Shown here piece by piece: positions 13,395-25,077 of a stretch of DNA of 64,000 nucleotides. The stretch is from the NCBI RefSeq assembly GCF_006345805.1, contig NC_042998.1, positions 113,708,001-113,772,000 on the forward strand. The letters are read 5' to 3'. Below the pieces are notes generated by a model. It ran no database searches, was not told where the DNA came from, and worked only from the letters and a program-made list of their open reading frames with translations. The stretch is from Octopus sinensis (taxonomy: Eukaryota). The number at the start of each line of letters is the position of its first letter. Within the stretch, counting starts at the first letter, position 1. A program made the position numbers and the translations under genes.

Positions 13395-14460
13395 TATGTA
13401 ACCTTCACTTTTCTTGGCGCATATCTACGTTGATAGGGAAAACACTAACGGGAGAGCCAATGTAAAGGGAGTAGCAGGCAACAACTAGATTTAAATCGAT
13501 AGAAAATTCAACGGAATCGTCTTGAGGTCACAACGTATAGTCGTAGAAAAAAAACACAGGTTAATTTCTGATATCCTGCGTTCCTCTGGATATAGGATAA
13601 AGATGGTTTCTCCGTTACTGGAAAGTGTTCTACTGGACTTAATTAGGAATTAAAAAAGAAAAGCAATAACAAATTCGTTATTACAACCTCTTTACGCATC
13701 CAATTTGGTTGACAACAGTCAGCCGTGGACGCCAACTTTGTTATCATAACCTGTACACTATTACGCATTTTTTCAGTTAACTCTGAGTGAGCACCAACTT
13801 TGTAATCATCACTTATATACTATCATATATGGAGAGAGATTATGTAGCGTTTCTGGTTGTCATGTGTGGTCGGTGTCAACGCCAATTTTGTAATCACACT
13901 TTATATACATCGTGTCAATTGTCTGTGTGAACACCAAAGTTTTAATTGTTATGTGTTAACGAAAGAGAGAGAAGTGAGAGGAAACAGAATGACAAAGCGC
14001 GACTAGAAACTGAAACGAGTGAGAAATGTAGCTGAAGTGGGATAAAAAGAGAGAAAGAGAAAATAAGAGAGAGAGAGAGTGAGAGGGGGATAGATAGAGG
14101 GAGAGAGAGGGAAAGAAGGAGGCCGAATGAGAAGAGAGAGCTAGAGAAAGAAAACTACGGACGCTTCTCATTCGGTCTCCCTCTTTCCCTCTCTCTCCCT
14201 CTATCTATCCCTCTCTCTCCCTCTATCTATCCCTCTCCCCCTCTCTCTCACTGCGCAGACGATACGTTGTATCATGACCAAAACAAGATATATATTCATG
14301 TAAATTTCTTTTGTGTGTCATAATTTTTACTGTATATCGTGGTTATAATTTTATACTGAATATAGTATTAAATGAACCGTATACAAGATAATTATTGAAA
14401 ATAGAAACAGAAAGCAGGGCTGGTTTTCTTTAATCTTATAAGTTTAGTTGTTGCATAGTA

Positions 14461-15256
14461 TTTCCGTCTTTTGTCTTTTTGCGTACCATGTTATCCGTTT
14501 TTTGTCTTTGTTGCCGTACACATTCGCTAGCTTTCTTGCAAAGGGGTCTAATTCTCTTAGACTTTTTTAGGGGCAACCAGATCGAACCGTCTCAAGTGTA
14601 ACTGCCCGAAACGGTCGTGACTTCTGGTACTTGACTGAGGAAAGAAGGCCACAAATGATCTGTCTTTTTTTGCCTGTCCTTCTAGTTGTTGTTACACTTG
14701 TCCACACTTGTCCGCCTTTCTTCGCCATCTCTTTCTTTAACTCCCACTATTTCCCACTCGTTTATCTCCCCCTGTACTTTTCTCTTTGTCTCTGATTTTT
14801 TTCTAATCCTTCAATCCCGCTTCCCCCTACCCATCTCCCCTTCTTCGACGTGACCGGTGTCCGGCCAGCCATGATCTTTCTTTCTTGGTCTGACTGGCGA
14901 CCGCCAACACCTCTTACGTCCATCACCTATGTTTCAGCCATTAGGCTTTCACTTCATACACGCCAGCTCAATTGGATTCGTTCTCAGTCGAAAGACACCT
15001 GTTGTTTTCTTGTTGTTTGTATTCGTAATTGTGTACCATGTTTTCCGTTTTTTTGTCTTTTTGTGTACCATGTTCTCCGTTTATTTGTCTTTGTTGCCGT
15101 ACACATTCGCTAGCTTTCTCACAAAGGGGTCTAATGCTCTTAGCTTAGACTTTTTTTGGGGGAGCCAGATCGAACCGTCTCAAGTGCAACTGCCCGAAAC
15201 GGTCGTGACTTCTGGTACTTGACCGAGGACAGAAGGCCACGAATGCCCCGTCTTTA
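14461..15256. mobile_element. Element bounded by ~200-bp direct repeats (14461-14665 / 15031-15256), pLTR/TRIM-like
   Basis: The two repeats align closely (e.g. GAACCGTCTCAAGTG.AACTGCCCGAAACGGTCGTGACTTCTGGTACTTGAC.GAGGA). A diverged relative lies at 36590-36780. Confidence 0.6.
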
Positions 15257-15296
<40 letters not shown>

Positions 15297-15911
15297 CAAA
15301 GCGGAGCTGTGGGGTACCGCACGAGTGGAATTATATATGAAAGAAGGTTTGAAAATGCAATTTAAAAGTTTTATTTACTTTGCCGGTTTCACTCTTTGGA
15401 AAAAGATTGTCAAAAGTACATGTAGAAGTTTGGTTGCGTTAATTATTTGTTGTTAAAATGCTACATTACATATATAAAGTCTTTGGTAACAGGGACATGT
15501 TAAGGACATAAAAAAGTTCAACAAGTTCCTTAAAATATTGGGCACAAAATATTACTACAATAATAATCGTTCTCAAGGACATGCTTAAGATAGTTTCCAG
15601 AAGGAATTGATATTGGTATTGGTGTTGTATCTGTATATTCAAACATGCACAGATATGGGTTGACACAGAGTACTACAATCCATATAAATATACATTCTTT
15701 GGTGACAAGAGCATGTTGAGAATATAAAAAAGTTTAACAAGCTCATTGAAATAATGGGCACAAAAGATTACAACAAATATATTATACATTCTCAAGATAA
15801 TTTTCAGAAGGAATTATTAAAAAGGTTCAGTATAATACGCGTACAGAATATTATGAGTTCAAAAAGATTTACATTATAATAGTAGTGAAGCTTAAACTGA
15901 CTTGTCCGCTG

Positions 15912-15960
<49 letters not shown>

Positions 15961-16445
15961 TGGCAGGGCTGGCCTGCTAGGTAGCCGGCCAGAATGCTAG
16001 AAGAAGATCATCAACGATCAAACTACAAGGGAAATTCTCTAGAGGAAGAATTCAGCGAACACCAGAACCAACTTTGGCGGGCAGGAGTCTCTCAGCGCGC
16101 CAGAACCAAGACATTTGAAATTTTATTCCCGATGTAATCAGTAAGACTAAGCACGTGTCTGTCTTGACACAGAGAGCTGGGGTTAGTCTTGCAGTTTGCA
16201 TCTCGAGGACCGAATGTACTGAAGAAGTCACGGACACTTGAATTATGCAAGTAATTCTTTTGTTAATACCGAAACCGAGGTATGCATTTAAGTCTGTTAT
16301 TTATTTAATTTTTCATATGTCCTGCCCGCCAAAGTTGGTTCTGGTGTTCGCTGAATTCTTCCTCTAGAGAATTTCCCTTGTAGTTTGATCGTTGATGATC
16401 TTCTTCTAGCATTCTGGCCGGCTACCTAGCAGGCCAGCCCTGCCA
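15961..16445. mobile_element. Fold-back element with 126-bp perfect inverted arms and an internal hammerhead-like motif
   Basis: 15961-16086 is the exact reverse complement of 16320-16445. The element sits in TA-rich flanks. Confidence 0.8.
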
Positions 16446-16891
16446 ATATACACATATATTTGAATTTTCTCTGACTCTCAGATTTTTTGAATGCTGGACT
16501 ACTGTTTTTAAATTGATATAAAATTATATAATTTATCTCCCTCAATTTTTAATATATATATATATATATATAATAATATATATATTATAATATATATATA
16601 TTATATATATTAATTAAAATGAGGGTGTCTAAAGACACCAACATGCGAAATAGCAGTCGAAACACTGACTATAGTACCACGTTAAATGTTCACATCGCAC
16701 CATGAGTAAAGCGGAGGGACAAAACATACAAGCAAAATTTTGAATAATGAATAAATGAATTGTTTTAATTGTTAAAATTTTTTTACCTTTGTAAGGTATT
16801 TCTTTCATGCTGGCCACTTGATAATTTCGACACTTAAATATCGATATTATCCTCATATATAAATTTATATATATATATATATATATATATG

Positions 16892-16926
<35 letters not shown>

Positions 16927-16941
16927 ATATTCGTATGTTCG

Positions 16942-17029
<88 letters not shown>

Positions 17030-17317
17030 GTAATATATGTATGTATATATGTTGTATGTATATATAGATATATATATATGTATATACATATATATATATA
17101 TACAGCGGACAAGTCAGTTTAAGCTTCACTACTATTATAATGTAAATCTTTTTGAACTCATAATATTCTGTACGTGTATTATACTGAACTTCTTTAATAA
17201 TTCCTTCTGAAAATTATCTTGAGAATGTATAATATATTTGTTGTAATCTTTTGTGCCCATTATGGCCAGCACATAATATACACCTATTAAGGGGAATTCA
17301 TATGTAGAAAATTGTAA

Positions 17318-17643
17318 TAGTATTAAGTACAATTATAATTAAGGGCATAGAAGAGATCATGCCTATGGTGAAAGTAGACGCTAAATCGTCAGACCACTTA
17401 CAACTATCACTTTTATAGTACACAACGTGCTGAAATCGAGGGAGTAGGCCCACAAAAATTCATAAAATAGCCTTGGATTGATCAGTTCCTGGATTAGTCT
17501 AATAACGTTTCCTCATCAGCAATTCATTTCAACATGTTGTGTTCTATAAAAGTGATAATTCTAAGCGGTTTGACGATTTAGCGTCTACTTTCAACATATG
17601 CAGGGTCTCTTCTATGCCCTTAATTATAATTGTATTCTATACT
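17318..17643. mobile_element. Fold-back element with ~110-bp diverged inverted arms
   Basis: 17318-17427 is inverted relative to 17536-17643 with scattered mismatches; ~108-bp spacer. Confidence 0.7.
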
Positions 17644-17656
17644 ATCTATCTATCTA

Positions 17657-17719
<63 letters not shown>

Positions 17720-17744
17720 ACATACATACATACACATATTTCTT

Positions 17745-18133
17745 TATTTCTTATGTGTTTCACTCATTAGACTGCGACCATACTGGGACACCGCCTTAAA
17801 AAAAACTTTAGTCAAATGAATTGACCCCAGGATTTTTTCTAACTTTGGTACTTATTCTGTTGATTTCTTTTGCCGAACCACCAAGTTACGGGGATGTAAA
17901 CACAGCAGCGCCGATTGTAAAGCAGTGGTAGGAGACAAATACAGACACGAAGACACACGCATACATATGTACGACGAGCTTCTTTCAGTTTCCATCTACC
18001 AAATCCACTGACAAGGCTTTGGTCGGCCCGAGGCTATTGTTGAAAGCACTTGGTCAAGATGCCACGCACTGTGCTGAGACTGAATCCGGAACCATGTGGT
18101 TGGAAAGCACGTTTCTTACCACACAGCTACACC
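17745..18133 (-). mobile_element. SINE family A, near full length
   Basis: Reverse-complement match to the family A head, body and tail. Confidence 0.85.
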
Positions 18134-18159
18134 ACCATCTATCTATCTATCTATCTATA

Positions 18160-18198
<39 letters not shown>

Positions 18199-18308
18199 CT
18201 ATATATATATATACATACATACATATATATATATATGTATATACATATATATATGTATATATATATATATTTATATGTGTGTATGTTATATATATGTCTC
18301 TCTCTCTC

Positions 18309-18342
<34 letters not shown>

Positions 18343-19722
18343 TATATACATACATACACACACACACATATATATAATGTCTAAATATATATATACATAT
18401 ATAATATATATAAATATATGTATATATATATATATATACGACTTATATACCACTGGGGTATATTAGGTAGATACAGAGATATTTATGAATACCGTTTACA
18501 ATTTAAGATAAATGAAATACAATCCATGGTTTTATTTCATAATGTAGCTTTCTTTTTTTCTTCTTTTCACACTTACAAACCTCAGTGGAAACGTTAATTA
18601 GATAAAGTCGTAATAAGTTTGTAACTTTGGCCAAACTAGTTCTGTTGGTGTGGTACGATGTAATCTATTAGTCGCCAGTGGATCTGTTACTGGCTCCTAT
18701 CGAGATGTATCTATTAATAACGATGTATAATAGTGGTCAGGTCATTTGGAAATATACGCAAGTCTCCGGCATGGCGTAATACGATTACCAAAACATTCCC
18801 CGCTTCGACAAGTCACTGGATAAAATATGGGATAACGGTGAATGAACGATTGGAATGGTGTCATATATGAAAAACGGTGGAATATTCGCTGAACAGTAGG
18901 TGCGAACTATGGTGTGACTGGCAGTGACCAAATTGACCTCACACCACATCCAGTCGAACACGAACAATTAACTACATGTAATGAACTTCCCCCTCTTCCA
19001 ACAACTCCCCTTGTCATTCTATTATACTTTTTCTCTGCTAGCAATGTCAGACTATTGGTGTGCTGGTGAGAGCAGCCAAACTCAATAATATTTTCAAAAG
19101 AAAGCGACAGGAGAGGAAATGTTGACATCGCGTGTTGATTATGCAAAGCCTGCAAGTCGACTGTTAGTCTGTGTTGGTGCTAGTTTCTCTCTTGTTAGCC
19201 ATTTAACAAAACAGTGCCTTTATCCAGTTTCTCTTTGCATTAATACACCTGCTTATCGCAGACACAATTTTATAAACTCGCTCGCTGGTGTTACGCATTC
19301 TCCTCAATTATGTACATAAATATCTTGCAATTAATTGATAGGCAGCTTGCAAAGTTTCAGGCGATGTACATATATCTATGTTTATTACAAGGTGTCAATG
19401 CAATCGGTAGTTGCGTGATGTGTAGTAGTTGTTTCAATAGTTTTGCATATGTAATGTCAATAGAATTACTTCGAAACAAAACAGCTTCACAAATGACAAG
19501 AACTCTCTGACAAGGGCGAGGAAGAGAGAAAGAAACAGGGGGAGAGAAATAGAGAGAGATAAATAGAAAAATAGATTAAAAAGTAGAGTGAGAGAGAGAG
19601 AGAGGGAAAGGGAGAGAGAATGAGAGAGAGATCAAATGGATAGAAAGAGAGAGAGAGAGGGAAATGGAAAGAGAAAGTGTGTGTAATATATATATATATA
19701 TGTGTATATGTGTGTGTGTGTA

Positions 19723-19801
<79 letters not shown>

Positions 19802-20029
19802 TCAACGTTTTGAACTTCCACAGAAGGTCAGCTTATTCAGAGTATAAATAAACAATTGGAATTTATTATTTGTTGTTAAGATTGATCTAAAATGTTTCGG
19901 TTAAAAGTATTTAGAATATAGAAAGAATAGAAATGGTATTAGATATTTTTCATCCCACATCGAACAGTTGTACAGTTAATTTAGTCATAAATGCTAAGGA
20001 ATTTAGACAAACTGCATTACCTAAATAAC

Positions 20030-20440
20030 TCTCTCTCTTTTACTCTTTTACTTGCTTCAGTCATTTGACTGCGGCCATGCTGGAGCACCGCCTTTAATCG
20101 AGCAACTCGACCCTGGGACTTATTCTCTTGTAAGCCAGTACTTATTCTATCGGTCTCTTTGCCGAACCGCTAAGTAACGGGACATAAACACACACAGCAC
20201 GTCGGTTGTCAAGCAATGCTAGGGGGACAAACACAGACACATAAACACACACACGCATATATATATATATACATATATACGACGGGCTTCTTTCAGTTTC
20301 CGTCTACCAAATCCACTCAGTAGGCTTTGGTCGGCCCGAGGCTATAGTAGAAGACACTTGCCCAAGGTGCCACGCCGTGGGACTGAACCCGGAACAATGT
20401 GGTTGGTAAACAAGCTACTTACCACACAGCCACTACTGCA
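20030..20440 (-). mobile_element. SINE family A, full length and well preserved
   Basis: Reverse complement has the head GTGGCTGTGTGGTAAG, B box GGGTTCAGTCC, CORE-like ACCTTGGGCAAGT, and tail GGCGGTGCTCCAGCATGGCCGCAGTCAAATGACTGAAGCAAGTAAAAGAGTAAAAGAG. Confidence 0.9.
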
Positions 20441-22210
20441 TCTATGTATTTCTAACATGGATTTCTAACAAAGATATTAAATTGTAGATAAAGAAAAATA
20501 GAATATAAAGGTGTAAATCTCTTCTAAGACATATGCAATGATGTAATGTAATGATAGTGGATGTTAAGAACGGTGTTGTGTTACACCCCCATACATTCTG
20601 TGTGCCAATCCTATCCAATTTGACTTAGTCTGTCATCCTTCTAGAGGGCGTATTTGCAGAAACACCAGAAAGTGCCGGAAAAGTCGGACAAATGGTATTC
20701 ATTCCAGCTATTGGAGTCAATAAATATCGTACTAATTTAGGGAGGTGGATTGGTGGAAATGGTAAAGCGTTAGAAAGGACATATTTACTCAGGTTCGTTG
20801 TATTCAGAGTTGAAATCTCACTAAAACCTGGCTCTTTAGACACCTTTATTAGCGTTCGGTTCAAGTCTCCAGACTGAGGATAGTTTACTCCGTCTCTACA
20901 TTCAGGCTTAACCATGGATAAAGGGGTCATTCAAAGGTCCATAAGTATTGCCTTTCATTCGGCTAAGCAATACAACTAGAAAAAATCCAACTACATGGCC
21001 TTCCACTACTTTGAGCGGAGTAAAATTGATGCAAGTATTTGGTGCCATTTCTCGACGATTGAGTACTTTTTGAGGAGTTCACTTGAAAGTGGTTGATCTA
21101 CTTAGTTTTTGATCTTCTTATTTTTGAGCATTTTGGTTAACTGGTTGATGCAATTGTTTTGCCACTCCTGTCAAGGAAATACTCTTCTACAATATGATAT
21201 TCGAAGACAGTCTAAACTGCTTTTGAGTCTTTTCTATCATCATTCCTTTTGAGATATATAGATAGAAAGATAGATGCCTAGATAGAGAGAGCTAGAGATA
21301 GATGCAAAGAGATAGATAGAGAGGGAGAGGGGAGAGATAGGGGGGAGAGAGAGTGAGAGAGAGAGAGAGAAAGTTATTTCGATGGAGTTTTCGAATTGAT
21401 TTTCGGAGCTTTCTGGTTTTGAGAAGCCCAATTTCTCAAGATTGGTATTTAGGCAGTATGTATGTATGTATGTATGGTATGTATGTATGTATGTATGTAT
21501 GTATGTATGTATGTATGTATGTATGTATGTATGCATACATGTGTGTGTATGTTTGTATATATGTATGTATGCATGCATGTGTGTGTATGTATGTATATAT
21601 GTATGTGTGTATATGTGTGTATGTATGTATGTGTGCTTGTTTATAGGTATGCATGTATGTGTGTATGTATGTATGCATATGTCTATGTATGCATGCATGT
21701 ATGTATGTATGTATGTATGTATGTATGTATGTATGTATGTATGTATGTGTATGTATGTATGTGCGTGCGTATATTTGTGTAGGTGTATGTATAAATCTTC
21801 AAATACATATGTGACAGTATGAAAGAATATATACATTCAGGTATGTATATATTCCTATATATACACAGATATGTCCCTATCTATGTGGGGATAGATGGAT
21901 ACAGCTAACTACCTCTCTGTGTATCCATTTCTTTATCAATCTATCTATGGCGATTCTCTTCTTAACCTGTTTCCTTTTAATCTTGTTCTGTTTTGTCTGT
22001 CATTATATGTACAAGATTTTACTCTCCCTGTTATTTTGTACCTCTCTTCCTACCACCCTCCACTTATATACATTTCTGTGTCTCTGTCTGACTGTCTGTC
22101 TGTCTGTATATCTATCTATACATATACATACATACGTATGTATGTATGTATGTATGTATGTATGTATGTATGTATGTATGTATGTATGTATGTATGTATA
22201 CGTAAATATG

Positions 22211-22241
<31 letters not shown>

Positions 22242-22816
22242 TGTGTATGTATATGTGTGTATGTGTGTATATACATATATATATATATATTCTGCGAATA
22301 CACAGACATATATGTATGTGTATATATGTATGTGTATATATGTATGTGTGTACAATGTATATATATATGTAGGGCTATATGTACACTGTACTCACACACA
22401 CACGTGTAAGTGTGCTTGTGTGTGTGTATATATATATATGTGAGTGTGTATGTGTATACTGAAATGTGTGGTTATGGTAGTGGTGATGGCGCAGGTGAGC
22501 ATGTGTCAGACCGTGAATCATATATTTTTCCTGCATATCGTATGTCATATATATATATTTTTTGTACTTCATTTATGTGATAAATCAGCCATATTAACAG
22601 GGGTTGCTGCTCTATCTCCATGCTATTTCAGGAAGAGAAAAATTACTGAAATATTTTTTGACCACATCCATCCCCGCTCGAATTAATGCAATCAGCTAAT
22701 GGTGGTTAAAGGTCGTGCAGCGTTGAAATATAACGTCAAAACCATCACCCTAAGCTCCTAGGCAAGACGAGGTATTTCACTTCGCTTCTTTACGGGCCGT
22801 GTGATTTCTATTGAGT

Positions 22817-22863
<47 letters not shown>

Positions 22864-22964
22864 ACTACTACTACTACTTATAATGATAATAATGATAATA
22901 ATTCTTTCTACTATTGGCCTTGTGAGTGAATTGGTAGATGGAAACTGAAAGAATCCCGTCATAT

Positions 22965-23016
<52 letters not shown>

Positions 23017-23503
23017 CAGTAAATAGTGGGGTTGTGTTGATCGCACGAGGAAAAATTATAATAAGGCAGAATGCTAAATTGAAAGTAAATTTTAATAAAA
23101 ATGGGTGTATGGAAAAAAAATACTAATAAATCAAACCAGTTTTCATAGCAAGGCAAATTTTCAAGATTTAGAAGGGGAATAGAATTTTTTTTAAATTGAG
23201 GAAGGGGAAACAAGAAATTTACAATGTTTTTTCAAAAAAAATAATGATACATATATACAAAAATTAATAAATAAGTATACCAATACATTGTAAGATCCAT
23301 GTGCTTAAAAGAAGTGCTTGGTTTAAAGCGTTTGGTAAATGTGTGTCAAAACAGGAAATGGGGTAGGAGTTATCTAGTTCCTGTTAGTAAGGGGAGACAA
23401 CTCTGTGGATTTTATGCTCTTCAATTGGAATGATGGATTTTTTGTAAAACAGGATGCCTATATAAATTTTTTGTCAGATAGGATGCTAGAAAAAAGAGTA
23501 TGG

Positions 23504-23662
23504 TCATCGTGGAGTTTGCATATTACGATGCGTTTGGAATTTTTGAATAAAATGATTCTCCTTGTTGATTCTTTCTTGTGTAGAGATTCCGTCTTTACAT
23601 TGGTAGAAAGGGAATATGTGAAATTTAGGATTTTTGTCTCTAGCGCAAAAGTCTATGTGGCT
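23504..23662 (-). mobile_element. Penelope-like element, GIY-YIG C-terminal fragment
   Basis: Translates SHIDFCARDKNPKFHIFPFYQCKDGISTQERINKENHFIQKFQTHRNMQTPR*, homologous to the end of the GIY-YIG fragment at 44041 (FxIFPFYQ motif). Confidence 0.7.
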
Positions 23663-23667
23663 ACTTA

Positions 23668-23868
23668 GTGCAATAACGATCCCTATTGATCGATTTTTTT
23701 CTTTTTCCTTTTATTCCCACCCTTTTTTTTGCTTTCCTCTTTCTTTCTTTTTACGATCCCTTTTGATCGAAAACCAACCCCCCATTTTTTTTTATCTCCA
23801 AAAAGAAAACGCTCTACCTTGTAATTTGTCCCGTCTGTGTGCAGCCCTGTGTGGCTAATAAAGAAACA
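23668..23868 (+). mobile_element. Isolated 3'UTR of the Tx1/L1 family, followed by (TATC)n
   Basis: Aligns to 34437-34660 and ends identically in GCAGCCCTGTGTGGCTAATAAAGAAACA|TATC. Confidence 0.85.
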
Positions 23869-23877
23869 TATCCATCC

Positions 23878-23957
<80 letters not shown>

Positions 23958-24591
23958 AAAGTCCTTGTAACTTGTTTTGCTGAAGATCGTTGATATAAAT
24001 GAAATTATCAAGGTCCAAATAATTGTGCTACATATTATAATAAATTCTACGCTAGCGTAATAATCACTTATGTATTATATATCAATATTATTTCTATACC
24101 TACACACACCACGTTGAGCACTCCGATGTGTACATAAAAGTATTTATAATTACATATTTATTGGGTAAAAAAAGGAACTTAATGCTTAATGATAGTTCAG
24201 AACTTTCTGAAAATCTTTCGCAGGATTTATCTAAGTGGAATAACTCATGCAACAACAAAATTTTAAGTATTTTTGCATATTTTTCATAGCATTCTTTCAT
24301 TTACTATAATTCGCATTTGCTGAAGAATGTTGATACAACATAAAACCATTTACGACCAGTAAATGGTTTTCTATATTTACTTACAAGTGATACCTTTATA
24401 TCTTTAGCACTTTTCTGTTATATATCAATGTTATTTTTGTTTTTTGTACAGATATATGTATTTATACATGCACATAACACATATACCCACATGCTATTGC
24501 ACACATACATATATACAAGCACACACACACACACACACAAACATACATATATTATAATAATGCGTGTGCGCATCTGTGTATATATGTAGCA

Positions 24592-24691
24592 NNNNNNNNN
24601 NNNNNNNNNNNNNNNNNNNNNNNNNNNNNNNNNNNNNNNNNNNNNNNNNNNNNNNNNNNNNNNNNNNNNNNNNNNNNNNNNNNNNNNNNNN
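24592..24691. other. Assembly gap (100 N)
   Basis: Direct reading. Confidence 1.
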
Positions 24692-24720
24692 TGTTTCGAG
24701 GGTGCTCTTCGTCAGAAACA
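24692..24720 (-). ncRNA. Hammerhead ribozyme core (type I, PLE-associated), cut by the gap
   Basis: Reverse complement is TGTTT-CTGACGA-A-GAG(cacc)CTC-GAAAC. The flank 24720-24790 is homologous to 56290-56357. Confidence 0.6.
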
Positions 24721-25077
24721 TAGGAAAAGGAAAGATCTAAAGAAGGAAAGATGGAGGGAAAAAAATCGCCAACGGTACACACGCCGTCACATTTTGAATG
24801 ACCGGAACTGTAAAATAATATGTGACAATTATTCGGTAGCCAAGATAAAACTCAAGAGTTGTATCTTAGCTACCGAATAATGATTGTCACATATTATTTT
24901 ACAGATAAATTCCTCTATTTACATAATATTGAGGTCTCTTTCTTTCTTTTGTAATCTCACCGTTTTTACCAATATATATATATTTATATATATATGCGTG
25001 TGTGCGTATATACATACACATACACACGCGCACACGCACACACACATAGTATACATATCAATATCATACGTGGACGT

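Noticed and set aside
14595-14645. GAAACGGTC...CTGAGGA read as a type II hammerhead
   Set aside because: Neither stem I nor stem II can pair.
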